A stretch of 64,000 bases of DNA, taken from the IMG/VR virus record IMGVR_UViG_3300037504_000149. One strand, 5' to 3'. Positions 32,692 to 42,109 of this stretch are shown here, one piece after another. The notes under the pieces were generated by a model. It did not search any database and had not been told where the DNA came from. It saw only the letters and a program-made list of their open reading frames with translations. A program made the translations under genes and the position numbers. Source of the DNA: a virus. Lineage: Duplodnaviria > Caudoviricetes. How positions within the stretch are numbered: the stretch's first letter is position 1; the number at the start of each line of letters is the position of its first letter.

Positions 32692-33075
32692 ATGCTGATG
32701 GACTCCAAATCCATTAATGGGAGTTCAAATCTTCCACTCCCCGCCAAGCCTTCTATACGTTGGGATGTAGTGTCTGGTGTCAAAGAGACGACAATACGTA
32801 TAGGCACTTATATCGATCCTACAGATCTAAGGAGTAGTATGCCTGATGAAACTACGTTAAAGACAGACGATATAGTAGTTCTTCTTCGTGACGTATCTAA
32901 AGCTACTTGTTGGAAAAGTTTTGGATGGCATCTTACATTAGGGTATTTAGAATTATCGATAGCATTTGATGATAATAAAGAGAATAGACTACAAGCATTA
33001 GATAAGTTAATATCAATACTTAAATTAACATCTAAAGATGGGTATCTTGTACATATAACATACGCAATGGAGTGA
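32692..33075 (+). CDS. hypothetical protein
   Basis: ORF within the operon. Confidence 0.55.
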   Translation: MLMDSKSINGSSNLPLPAKPSIRWDVVSGVKETTIRIGTYIDPTDLRSSMPDETTLKTDDIVVLLRDVSKATCWKSFGWHLTLGYLELSIAFDDNKENRLQALDKLISILKLTSKDGYLVHITYAME

Positions 33076-33078
33076 GTT

Positions 33079-33606
33079 ATGGCTAATAGGGTTGAATTAT
33101 TTTCTATTCCTTTAACTGATTGTACTTGGGAAGAAAAAGTAGATGGTGGTTTCAAAAAATGTGTAGGTGTACATAAACCGTCACAAGCAAAATCAGAAGC
33201 CGTGGTAACAACAAGTATATGGTTAGGGTATTTGGAAGCTTTCAAAAAGCTTACAGAAACTGTAGAGTTTATAGAATGGATTAAAAAAGAGGCAGTACGT
33301 GTAAAGAAAGTATTAGCTCAAAAGACACGTAAAAAATACAGCGAATATGACGAATTTATATTAGATCCTAACGGCAGTATTTTAGAGGCATATACTTTTG
33401 AATATGCTAAAAAGAAGTCTAAGAAAAAATCTAATCAAAATAAGGCTAAGAAAAAATCTAATCAAAATAAGGCTAAGAAAAAATCTAATCAAAATAAGGC
33501 TAAGAAAAAATCTAATCAAAATAAGGCTAAGAAAAAATCTAATCAAAATAAGGCTAAGAAAAAATCTAATCAAAATAAGGCTAAGAAAAATGAAACTAAC
33601 AAGTAA
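33079..33606 (+). CDS. protein with Lys-rich repeat tail (KKKSNQNKA)x6
   Basis: GGAG RBS; tail is encoded by a 27-bp tandem repeat. Confidence 0.7.
   Translation: MANRVELFSIPLTDCTWEEKVDGGFKKCVGVHKPSQAKSEAVVTTSIWLGYLEAFKKLTETVEFIEWIKKEAVRVKKVLAQKTRKKYSEYDEFILDPNGSILEAYTFEYAKKKSKKKSNQNKAKKKSNQNKAKKKSNQNKAKKKSNQNKAKKKSNQNKAKKKSNQNKAKKNETNK
33419..33590 (+). repeat. perfect 27-bp tandem repeat, 6 copies plus a partial
   Basis: Unit CTAAGAAAAAATCTAATCAAAATAAGG. Confidence 0.97.
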
Positions 33607-33856
33607 AAATATTTTCACCGATGATAATGGTATCAAAGGTTATATCTGGTATGCTCATATAGCTGTTAAGAAGTTTCTGGATATGGTACAAGAGTATGAG
33701 CTAACAAATTTTCATCATACAATTGCGTATGATGAAAGAGATGTTAAGCAAATGTATTTCAAAAAGACAGAACCTAGTGATAGTGAACATACTATTTTTA
33801 CATTTATCTCTAACGAAAAATTTGGATATGAACCTTGTACTATGATGTATCGCTAA
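33590..33856 (+). CDS. hypothetical protein
   Basis: Start moved to MKLTSK after the repeat. Confidence 0.55.
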   Translation: MKLTSKNIFTDDNGIKGYIWYAHIAVKKFLDMVQEYELTNFHHTIAYDERDVKQMYFKKTEPSDSEHTIFTFISNEKFGYEPCTMMYR

Positions 33857-34086
33857 TGCAAACTACACTATTTAATTTAATTACACAAAACTTTAATGGA
33901 TTGTTTGAAGTAATTTGCGTTACGGGTGGTAAGCGAGCTAAGAAAAAATTACTAGAGATGGGAATTTATCGAGGAATCAAAGGACACGTAATTCAGCGGT
34001 GTCCTATTATTTTATGTATAGATGACACGCGGCTTGCGTTAGGATGTGGTTTGGCTGATAAAATTGTGGTTTGCCTTGACAAATGA
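33856..34086 (+). CDS. feoA: FeoA-domain protein
   Basis: GG....KKLLEMGI..G.......PII..IDDTRLALG.GLADKIVV. Confidence 0.85.
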   Translation: MQTTLFNLITQNFNGLFEVICVTGGKRAKKKLLEMGIYRGIKGHVIQRCPIILCIDDTRLALGCGLADKIVVCLDK

Positions 34087-34104
34087 CAAAACTCATGCTA
34101 TAAT
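34076..34104 (+). promoter_or_regulatory. consensus sigma70 promoter
   Basis: TTGACA-17-TATAAT with TGn. Confidence 0.85.
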
Positions 34105-34401
34105 GTATTTGTGATTGGAATTGGTCTGTGGCTAAATATGCATCGATGGTGTAATATATTTATGTTCTACATATACTTTTTTAAGCTCGGCAATCGTGTT
34201 GCGTGTGGTGTACCAGAAAGTGAATTTTATAGTAATATAACTCTTGATGGAGTGTTTAAAATATATAATAAAAATTTATGTAGTTTACTGCCTAGTACAA
34301 GTATACAAATAATTGAAGCCGTTAACATAAAACAATTTGGTAAGTTAAAATCAAGCGAGATATCTATTATGAAACTATAATTAAATAGAGGTGAAATATT
34401 T

Positions 34402-34596
34402 ATGACTAAGCAAGAGTTTATTGAGCAAACTATACTAGAGATTGAAGAGATGTACATAGAAGATGTAATTAAAAATTTAGATATCGTAGACAGTGTTTCT
34501 ACACCGTACACTAAACCAGACAGTATACATGACTGGGAAGAGTATGGTATAGGGTCATACAAGGATTTAAATTGGTGGAGAGGCTTGGGAGAATAA
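34402..34596 (+). CDS. small acidic hypothetical protein
   Basis: GAGGTG RBS. Confidence 0.6.
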   Translation: MTKQEFIEQTILEIEEMYIEDVIKNLDIVDSVSTPYTKPDSIHDWEEYGIGSYKDLNWWRGLGE

Positions 34597-34614
34597 TTTC
34601 ACTAGGAGATAAAC

Positions 34615-35463
34615 ATGGGTATTAAAACTATTGGAACGTATACATCTTTTGGAGAATACATACGTGATTTACGTTTAAATAAAAATGTAGGTTTTATTAA
34701 ACTAACCTCAAATGTATCTGAACTAGATACTGTAAGGTGGAGCGATATCGAAAGGGATATTGTACCACCTAGTTGTGAAGAGTTGTTAGCTGTAGCTAAA
34801 TATCTATATCCAGAGAAGAGGTTGCAAGCTTTGTCTTCTTTAATAGAAGCGTGGCAGGACTTAGTGTATGAAACAAAATATATTAGAAACTACGTTAAAG
34901 AAGCGGCAGTTCATATGAATCTACAGTCTGATAAATATAAGTATTCTAGAAACAGAGTGGCGTTTTCGGAGGATAATCAATCACAAGATAACTCTACAAA
35001 ACCTGATACAACTAAAGAAGTTGAAATAGATATGTGCCCAGTAACAGGAAGTGTTACTATGTTTAATCAACAATCGGATGATAATAAACATGAGTGTGTG
35101 GAGAAATCTGTCCCAACTGAGCGTTACGAAGTTTCATGGATAGATGATTCATCTGCAAGTAAACTAAGCTCATTTATGTCAAGTATAGAAACGTACTTCA
35201 CTACAGGTGATATTATTGATTGTATTGTAACTACAAAACGTTTAGATTATAATCAATGGAAGGTTGAAGTAGAGGTATATTCTCCTGTTAACAGGTGGTT
35301 CGCAGCTACTGATATCTTAGCAGACACACTTGTAAGTATAGGGACGCAACAAGTCTACCCTGCGAAGTGTGAGTCTAGTAAGGTTGGCGAAGTAGTGGGT
35401 AAGTTTTGTAGTGATAGTGCGCCACCAAACTCTAGTTTGTGGTGGTCTGGTGAACAACACTAA
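34615..35463 (+). CDS. protein with N-terminal XRE-type HTH
   Basis: SFGEYIRDLRLNK...WSDIERD...P. Confidence 0.65.
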   Translation: MGIKTIGTYTSFGEYIRDLRLNKNVGFIKLTSNVSELDTVRWSDIERDIVPPSCEELLAVAKYLYPEKRLQALSSLIEAWQDLVYETKYIRNYVKEAAVHMNLQSDKYKYSRNRVAFSEDNQSQDNSTKPDTTKEVEIDMCPVTGSVTMFNQQSDDNKHECVEKSVPTERYEVSWIDDSSASKLSSFMSSIETYFTTGDIIDCIVTTKRLDYNQWKVEVEVYSPVNRWFAATDILADTLVSIGTQQVYPAKCESSKVGEVVGKFCSDSAPPNSSLWWSGEQH

Positions 35464-35492
35464 TAAATGTTTAATAACATAGGATTATTAAA

Positions 35493-35768
35493 ATGAAATG
35501 TATTAATTGTGGTAGTCCAGGAGCATCTCGTAATACTCATCTATGTTTCTCATGTGAGCAAATGATGGAAGAGTACGAAGAGACAGTGGAAGATTCTATT
35601 AGTGATAGTGTATTTGAAGATCGTTTTGTCAAATGTAGTGTTTGTGGTAACCTAATAGATACGTACAGTGAGCCAGTTTATTGTGTAGCAGTTACTGGGG
35701 AGGAGTGTTGTGGAGCGTGTCGGTCTTACAATAGATATAAATTACATTACTTAATGGAGAAACTATAA
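35493..35768 (+). CDS. small Cys-rich Zn-binding protein
   Basis: CINC, CFSC, CSVC, CCGAC. Confidence 0.65.
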   Translation: MKCINCGSPGASRNTHLCFSCEQMMEEYEETVEDSISDSVFEDRFVKCSVCGNLIDTYSEPVYCVAVTGEECCGACRSYNRYKLHYLMEKL

Positions 35769-36091
35769 TGTCTTATGATAAGTATAAAGAAAGAGAGGTT
35801 TTCGAAATGTTGAAGTATCCAGATTTAATCTTAGTTGGTAATAAAACTTACCAAGGTTATGCTTCAGATGATCAAATAGCACAATGTATTAAAAAATACC
35901 TAATAGATACAAAAGAAACTTTAGATATTAGTCTTGGATCTGCCAAACCTACTGTAGTTAAATATATGGTGATGTCCCTTTGTCCGTTTGAATTTCCTGA
36001 GCATAGATCAGGTAAACCGGGGATATACCTAGAGGTGGAGGGTACAGGAAAGCATGGTGTCAGAGTGCCTAAGTGTACAACTAAAAAGTAA
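35768..36091 (+). CDS. paralog family A, copy 1
   Basis: Shares KETLDISLGSAKP and SGKPG.YLEV.GTGK blocks with its neighbours. Confidence 0.65.
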   Translation: MSYDKYKEREVFEMLKYPDLILVGNKTYQGYASDDQIAQCIKKYLIDTKETLDISLGSAKPTVVKYMVMSLCPFEFPEHRSGKPGIYLEVEGTGKHGVRVPKCTTKK

Positions 36092-36141
36092 TAGCTGTAA
36101 CACTACCCACTGCTTGTAAACCACAAATTGAGGATTAAGTT

Positions 36142-36417
36142 ATGTCAAAGCAGCTACCAAAAGAAACTACAAAAATCAATGTACATATCGGGTTGTGCCG
36201 ATATGGAGCTATTAAAGCTATTATTTGTGATGAGGTATTTGCTGAGATATGTAAACGTTACAACCTGGAAAACTACCCCACAACTATCTCAGGTAAGCCG
36301 GGAGTTTATCTAGAAGTAAAGGGTACAGGAAAATGTGGTGTTAAGGAAATTGATAATAAACCTAAACTAAAAGTTACGATACTACCCACTGCTTGTAAAC
36401 CACAAATTGAGAATTAA
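36142..36417 (+). CDS. paralog family A, copy 2
   Basis: MSKQLPKET...PKLKVTILPTACKPQI. Confidence 0.65.
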   Translation: MSKQLPKETTKINVHIGLCRYGAIKAIICDEVFAEICKRYNLENYPTTISGKPGVYLEVKGTGKCGVKEIDNKPKLKVTILPTACKPQIEN

Positions 36418-36420
36418 GTT

Positions 36421-36657
36421 ATGTCAAAGCAGCTACCAAAAGAAACTGCAAAAATCAGATTTAGCGCAAATAAAGTTTTATTTATTGAGTTAAATAATGT
36501 CGAGTGGCTAGACTATATACCTACATTCTATTCAACTAAGCCGGGGGCTTGGGTAGAGTTAGCCAGCGCAGTAAAGCATGGTGTTGAGACATTTGAACCA
36601 CCTAAACTAAAAGTTACGATACTACCCACTGCTCGTAAGTTACAATTTAAGGTGTAA
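36421..36657 (+). CDS. paralog family A, copy 3
   Basis: MSKQLPKET...PKLKVTILPTA. Confidence 0.65.
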   Translation: MSKQLPKETAKIRFSANKVLFIELNNVEWLDYIPTFYSTKPGAWVELASAVKHGVETFEPPKLKVTILPTARKLQFKV

Positions 36658-36660
36658 GAT

Positions 36661-36906
36661 ATGTTAAAAAAGCTACCAAAAGAAACTTTAGATATTAGTC
36701 TTGGATCTGCCAAACCTGCTATATTTGCTGGGTTATGTGAATTTTTGAATATAAAAAACCACCCTGGGTATTACTCAGGTAAGTCGGGTGTTTCTCTAGA
36801 AGTAAAGGATACAGGAAAATGTGATGTTAAGGAAGTTGATATGAAACCTAAATTAAAAGTTACGATATTACCCACTGCTTGCAAACCACAAATTGATAAG
36901 GACTGA
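36661..36906 (+). CDS. paralog family A, copy 4
   Basis: LPKETLDISLGSAKP...PKLKVTILPTACKPQI. Confidence 0.65.
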   Translation: MLKKLPKETLDISLGSAKPAIFAGLCEFLNIKNHPGYYSGKSGVSLEVKDTGKCDVKEVDMKPKLKVTILPTACKPQIDKD

Positions 36907-36908
36907 TA

Positions 36909-37214
36909 ATGTCTAGTGATAATCCTAAAGAGCGTCGCGCCAATAGCAACGCAGAAAAGGTGGATACTTTATACACAAAAAATTTAGTTAAATATGATAA
37001 GCGGCAGATGGTAACTAATTTACGTATAATATGTAATTTAAGGGCATGTAAGGTTATTAATGGGGATTATCCTATTGAGTTCGCAAAAAGTGCAAAACCA
37101 CATTTCTTGTATCGATGGGAATATTTAGTCCGTCCATCAGAGTTAGAGCTAAAACGCTTTACTACACTTCGTGCATCTAAACAAGTTAAGGAGAACGATC
37201 TTAAACGATCTTAA
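36909..37214 (+). CDS. hypothetical protein
   Basis: AAGGA RBS. Confidence 0.55.
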   Translation: MSSDNPKERRANSNAEKVDTLYTKNLVKYDKRQMVTNLRIICNLRACKVINGDYPIEFAKSAKPHFLYRWEYLVRPSELELKRFTTLRASKQVKENDLKRS

Positions 37215-37241
37215 TTGATCTTGTACAGGCGGAGTTGAATC

Positions 37242-37769
37242 ATGAGTAATATAAATATAGATATCGTTACGGATACTGATAATAATTTTAACTTAGAAGT
37301 AGAAGAGGGGGATAAGTATGCAGACCATCCCGCCTATCATGAAGATAACTCTCCAACAAACTGCACTATAAATTTAAGGGGACCAAAAACTGATGTTAAT
37401 GGTTCTCTTAAATGGGTATGTTTTGATATGTACGAGTTTAAAATATTAAACGATTTTTTAATATATACAATAAACACCTACGGCAGTACAAAACACTTTA
37501 GAGATAAGACAACTCGAATAACTTACAAGTTATCACCTCCTGTACCTATATATGATTACTGCGTAAGTTATGAATATGATATAGCTTTAAAAATGTACTA
37601 CATTACTGACGGGGATAGGATGGTAGGTTTTGATTATATATCTGGTACCGCTATACGTCGTGGTATTAAAACCATTCTAGATACGTTTTCTTGGGTAACC
37701 AGAAACAACCAAGCACCAGCGTGTGAACAACCCTCTGACACAACATACCTTGATTGTGAAAATTTATAA
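37242..37769 (+). CDS. hypothetical protein
   Basis: GGAG RBS. Confidence 0.6.
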   Translation: MSNINIDIVTDTDNNFNLEVEEGDKYADHPAYHEDNSPTNCTINLRGPKTDVNGSLKWVCFDMYEFKILNDFLIYTINTYGSTKHFRDKTTRITYKLSPPVPIYDYCVSYEYDIALKMYYITDGDRMVGFDYISGTAIRRGIKTILDTFSWVTRNNQAPACEQPSDTTYLDCENL

Positions 37770-37808
37770 CCCTCACTGTTAAATTACAAACGACCTTAAG
37801 GAGACGTT

Positions 37809-38483
37809 ATGAGTACATACAACATTTCTGAAAAAATATCTGATTTAGTTAGGAATCATGGAATAGATCAATGCAAAATTATGTTTTATTCTACTGATAC
37901 GAGTGGTATGAGAATGTGTATTAAAGGATACGTAGAGGACAAACATATTTCCCGATCGATTGATCTAGATACTGACAATAGTTTTGATGATCAGGTAGAA
38001 GCACTGTGTGAAAGTATACTGGATGAAGCCAAAGAAATACGTAACATAAATAGCGGCTATTATCATTGCCCACCACAGCAGACAAAAGAAAACAAACCTA
38101 CCTCTAAGTGGTATACATTAGCTACAAACTCTACCCCAACTATATATTATAAAGATAAAACTATAACATTACCCGACGTAGGAAGTCCGTGGAGATATAG
38201 TAAGGGTGGAGGGGGTTGTGTAATTCATATTTGGTATAGTATACAGTGTGTAAATACACCTACAACCGTATATTGTGAAACATTAGATTGTGTTTTAGCT
38301 ACCGCTGTTTATTCCAACCAGAAGTATTACCTTAACTATTCCGAAGAAGATGATTGCTTCGAAATGTATATATACGATCTAGATACTATAAGTATTCACC
38401 AGCAGTCTACTCAATATAAAGATGTGGATATCATAAACATTAACGCCGAACAAATTGAATATGATAATATACTTAAGGAGTAA
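37809..38483 (+). CDS. hypothetical protein
   Basis: AAGGAG RBS. Confidence 0.65.
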   Translation: MSTYNISEKISDLVRNHGIDQCKIMFYSTDTSGMRMCIKGYVEDKHISRSIDLDTDNSFDDQVEALCESILDEAKEIRNINSGYYHCPPQQTKENKPTSKWYTLATNSTPTIYYKDKTITLPDVGSPWRYSKGGGGCVIHIWYSIQCVNTPTTVYCETLDCVLATAVYSNQKYYLNYSEEDDCFEMYIYDLDTISIHQQSTQYKDVDIININAEQIEYDNILKE

Positions 38484-38484
38484 T

Positions 38485-38820
38485 ATGCTTAAGTTTGATA
38501 CAGAATCAGTGTGCTTTGATTTAACTTCTTCAGCTCCTCACAAAGATACCTCTGAAGATTTACAGTGGTATATTAAGTTTAAGTATAACGATCCTGATTT
38601 GTTAGATCACGATGGTTATAGTACGCATACATTAAAATTTACACATTGCACACGTAATTCCATACAAACATGGCTACAAAAACTTTATGCAGCTTCATGG
38701 TTAATTATTGACAAATCACGTGATATGTGTGAAATAAGATTATGTTATATACCTAAGAAACATATTATTAACATAACGGTCAGCAGATACACTGAATGTG
38801 AGACTAACCATTTCATATAA
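38485..38820 (+). CDS. paralog family B, copy 1
   Basis: Start moved to MLKFDT; similar to the N-terminus of 38860. Confidence 0.6.
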   Translation: MLKFDTESVCFDLTSSAPHKDTSEDLQWYIKFKYNDPDLLDHDGYSTHTLKFTHCTRNSIQTWLQKLYAASWLIIDKSRDMCEIRLCYIPKKHIINITVSRYTECETNHFI

Positions 38821-38859
38821 GGTAAAGCCGTAAGATTAGCACCAACTAATTGAGAACTA

Positions 38860-39429
38860 ATGTTATCTCTAAAACGAACAACTAGTGTAGATCTAAACAC
38901 ATCCAGACCACTCAAAGATGCATCTAAACATCTAAGGTGGGACGTAACTATCTACCACACTTCAAAACGATATGAAGATGCTAGTGTAGATCCTATGCGT
39001 TTTAGAGTTGAACATTGTTCGCACGATTCACTTACAGCATGGATAGATTCTATATACAGCGCAACTAGCATCACTATACCTATGCAAAATAAACCACGTG
39101 CCGAACACATTATACCTGTTAAAATGTTACAAGACATATTTATTGCTAAAGTACATCCAGAATGTAATATAGATCCATGCAATTTACCCCAGCTCCCCTT
39201 CCACGTTGAAGTGTTGGAGGGAGAACTTGAGGGTGAAATTATGATAGCTACTGAGGAGAATAATTCTACGTACACAACTACGTTGGGTAGGAGGCATAAA
39301 ATAGGTACAACAATTAGACCTCCCCATTACCAAGTAAGTCTTACATCAGAAAAAACTAATCATATACGACAGGTACCATTACAAAAACTAAAGCTGATAC
39401 TATATGGACCAAAACTAATGCCTGGTTAA
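38860..39429 (+). CDS. paralog family B, copy 2
   Basis: DL.S..P.KD.S..L.W...HC...S...W...Y.A shared with 38485. Confidence 0.6.
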   Translation: MLSLKRTTSVDLNTSRPLKDASKHLRWDVTIYHTSKRYEDASVDPMRFRVEHCSHDSLTAWIDSIYSATSITIPMQNKPRAEHIIPVKMLQDIFIAKVHPECNIDPCNLPQLPFHVEVLEGELEGEIMIATEENNSTYTTTLGRRHKIGTTIRPPHYQVSLTSEKTNHIRQVPLQKLKLILYGPKLMPG

Positions 39430-39606
39430 ACCATTTCAATAGTAAATCATAAAGTGTAACCCTCCTATTATCAGTAATTTACTACAACCTATAACTCCCC
39501 TAATATCAACACCTTATAACTTATTGTAAAATTTACAACATATTTCATTCTATTTATGCGAAATAATAAACACTTCAAGTAAACACACTAACCTAGGAGG
39601 CTAACT

Positions 39607-39771
39607 ATGAGTAAGAATCCTAAAGAAAATCCACCCTTAGATCCAAAGATAAAACTACCAAAACCCAAAAAGTTTAAAACATTAGTGGGTAGGCTCTTTT
39701 TCCCGCCTCTAGCACCAGATGAAGATATAGCATTTACCGAAGGCCCATCAATAGCGATATGGAATAAGTGA
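39607..39771 (+). CDS. 54-aa Pro/Lys-rich protein (below the ORF track cutoff)
   Basis: AGGAGG RBS; MSKNPKENPPLDPK...WNK. Confidence 0.6.
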   Translation: MSKNPKENPPLDPKIKLPKPKKFKTLVGRLFFPPLAPDEDIAFTEGPSIAIWNK

Positions 39772-39789
39772 TAAAATTAAGGAGTTGCC

Positions 39790-40713
39790 ATGAGTAAACT
39801 AACGATCCGCTTCCACGAATTAGCCTGTCCAGTACGTGGTGTAGTCGAAGACCAGGATCAGGATGTATTTTCAAAACACAGAAACATTTGGAGTATCGAG
39901 ATTCCAATGTGGAAGTCTGGTAGAATACCAGTTTACCAATCACCAGAAGAACCAGAGACGTTCATAGCTAACAGATGGCTAACTCCCCGTGAATTCTTAA
40001 CCTATTTAGTTGATAGATTACAAACCGATGAAGTGCTATTAGACAATCCCTACATTGATTTTGGGGAACAAGAAATAAGGTTGGTTTATAAATTGATAAC
40101 TGATTCCCCTACAGTTATAGAACGTCTAAATAAGGCAGTTGTAGAGGGGGACGGCAACTCCTATGTTATTATAAAACAACGCCCCTACAATAGAATACAA
40201 TGGTGTTATGAGCACGTAGTAGAAACACCAGAAGACCTAGTCTATGTTCCACCAAGACCGGCTGAGTATGACGATGTGCGGGAGGAAATGTCATTTACAT
40301 TCAAGAAATCAACAACAAACGTGAGGTGTACCACGGACTGTGTCACATATGAACGTTGCCATGCTATTAAAGGCTCAGAAGGATACTACCAAGGCTTACC
40401 TTTTTACATAACTTTCGATTCTAACTCGCGTAAATATGACGAGGAGTTAGGGGTAGAAAAAGTAGACTTTGCACTTACTGCAAGATACTCAGATAACGAT
40501 GAGCCCATTAAACAAATTAAAGGATATTCCTACTACAAACCTGATGATGCAGACGTTACCGTAATGTTTAGACAACCCCTACTAGGTCAGTATAGCAAGA
40601 GAATAGAAAGCTGCTTCGATGGTTGGAAACCCCAAGAAGTTAAGGTGTTGGGAGATGCTATTATTAATGCCTACAAAAACTCTATTGTATCATGTATATA
40701 CAAGCGCAATTAA
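39790..40713 (+). CDS. paralog family C (C-terminal domain)
   Basis: AAGGAG RBS; DFA.T.R.S....P..QIKGY shared with 40765. Confidence 0.65.
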   Translation: MSKLTIRFHELACPVRGVVEDQDQDVFSKHRNIWSIEIPMWKSGRIPVYQSPEEPETFIANRWLTPREFLTYLVDRLQTDEVLLDNPYIDFGEQEIRLVYKLITDSPTVIERLNKAVVEGDGNSYVIIKQRPYNRIQWCYEHVVETPEDLVYVPPRPAEYDDVREEMSFTFKKSTTNVRCTTDCVTYERCHAIKGSEGYYQGLPFYITFDSNSRKYDEELGVEKVDFALTARYSDNDEPIKQIKGYSYYKPDDADVTVMFRQPLLGQYSKRIESCFDGWKPQEVKVLGDAIINAYKNSIVSCIYKRN

Positions 40714-40717
40714 CTGC

Positions 40718-40755
40718 CAAGGATTCCTTGACAGTTGATAACCCTAGTAAAGGAG
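40718..40755 (+). repeat. 38-bp palindrome+RBS element, copy 1 (copy 2 at 41263-41300)
   Basis: CAAGGATTCCTTGACAGTTGATAACCCTAGTAAAGGAG is identical at both sites. Confidence 0.9.
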
Positions 40756-40764
40756 GCTCTAACA

Positions 40765-41229
40765 ATGGGTTTTAAAACATATGAACACTCTAAAAATATT
40801 ACCAAAATCTCAGGAGTATATTATAAAGGTATAACAATGTACATAACCTTGGATTATGACGACCCATCCTTATATAAGGAGGAGGAACATGGTGGTCACT
40901 TAGATTTTGCAATTACTGTGAGGGATTCTACTAATGGTGTTCCTCTTGCACAAATCAAAGGATATGCACACTGTGGTCCTGATACTACAGAGCCTGACAT
41001 ACAATTTATACATCCTCTGGAAGGCTACGTCTGTGAGACAATAGAAGACTGCTTATTCAGGAGGGGTGAAACATACAAAGACTATAAATTGCTGGTAGAG
41101 GAAGCAGTAGATAAGGTAGTGGGGGATGAAGAAGTAGATAAGGTGCTGTGGGGCTTTATGTTTAATGTCTTCGAAAGGGATATGGTAGATGCCTTAGTTC
41201 CGGAAGGATGGTATACTAAGATTAAATAA
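40765..41229 (+). CDS. paralog family C, copy 2
   Basis: Start moved to MGFKTY after AGGAGG. Confidence 0.65.
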   Translation: MGFKTYEHSKNITKISGVYYKGITMYITLDYDDPSLYKEEEHGGHLDFAITVRDSTNGVPLAQIKGYAHCGPDTTEPDIQFIHPLEGYVCETIEDCLFRRGETYKDYKLLVEEAVDKVVGDEEVDKVLWGFMFNVFERDMVDALVPEGWYTKIK

Positions 41230-41305
41230 GAGAATAGTGTATACGAAGCAAAAAGCAGATGTCAAGGATTCCTTGACAGTTGATAACCCTAGTAAAGGAG
41301 CAATC

Positions 41306-41824
41306 ATGGGAGAATTACACTGGCCTGGTGAACGCTGTGACAGATGCAAGAATCGCATTGTCGTTGGTTTCGATATTACTGATGGAGACTGGGACGCAGT
41401 AACACGACACACTAACTATGACATACTTTGTTTAGCCTGCTTCGACGAACTTGCCCAAATAAGGGGAGTACACTATGAGATGAAAACAACTGATTTACAA
41501 CCGCCCCTCACTTGGCATGATTGGAATCTCCCCGGAGTAAACAATGAGGTTGTCGAGCTACCCAGTGAACTGAGAAGTATAACTAGAAAAACGCTAGGTA
41601 ATGATTATCCACGACCCCACGATAAATGTGGACCGTGGAGTGTTAACGAGAAAGGATATCTGTGCTATAATTATAATCCGGTATTGTTTGGAGGCCAAGA
41701 ACAACTCTTTGTATGTGCATATCTAGTCACCGCACTTTATGACTCTGGAAAAACACAAGAGGCTGAGTTTGTACATCGATGGGGTACAGCACGATTGTCA
41801 CGTTGTTACTGGAAGTATAGCTAA
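41306..41824 (+). CDS. hypothetical protein with CxxC pairs
   Basis: Start moved to MGELHW; CDRC, CLAC. Confidence 0.65.
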   Translation: MGELHWPGERCDRCKNRIVVGFDITDGDWDAVTRHTNYDILCLACFDELAQIRGVHYEMKTTDLQPPLTWHDWNLPGVNNEVVELPSELRSITRKTLGNDYPRPHDKCGPWSVNEKGYLCYNYNPVLFGGQEQLFVCAYLVTALYDSGKTQEAEFVHRWGTARLSRCYWKYS

Positions 41825-41860
41825 GGAATCCTTGATAAATAAAATCCCAAGGAGGTAGAT

Positions 41861-42109
41861 ATGTGGTGGTTGACTATTGTTATTTCGGTAGTAGTGGTAG
41901 GAGTTTGGTGTATGTTGTATGCCTACCATAATAAAACTTCTCCAGAGGAACGCTTGGAAAAGATAAAAACAAAAGAGCTGCGTCGTTGCAGGAGATTACA
42001 GAGAAAGTATCTTAGGGAGATCGACGGGAGCTGGGGCAGCTCCGGGATGAAAGTGTTTAATTTTTACGATAGTCTTGAGGAGTGGTTGAAAAACCCCGAG
42101 GAAGAATAA
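41861..42109 (+). CDS. small membrane-anchored protein
   Basis: AAGGAGG RBS; N-terminal TM helix. Confidence 0.65.
   Translation: MWWLTIVISVVVVGVWCMLYAYHNKTSPEERLEKIKTKELRRCRRLQRKYLREIDGSWGSSGMKVFNFYDSLEEWLKNPEEE

Noticed and set aside
33382-33636. Minus-strand repeat ORF and the N-terminal extension of 33398
   Set aside because: Open only because the 27-bp unit lacks stops in those frames.
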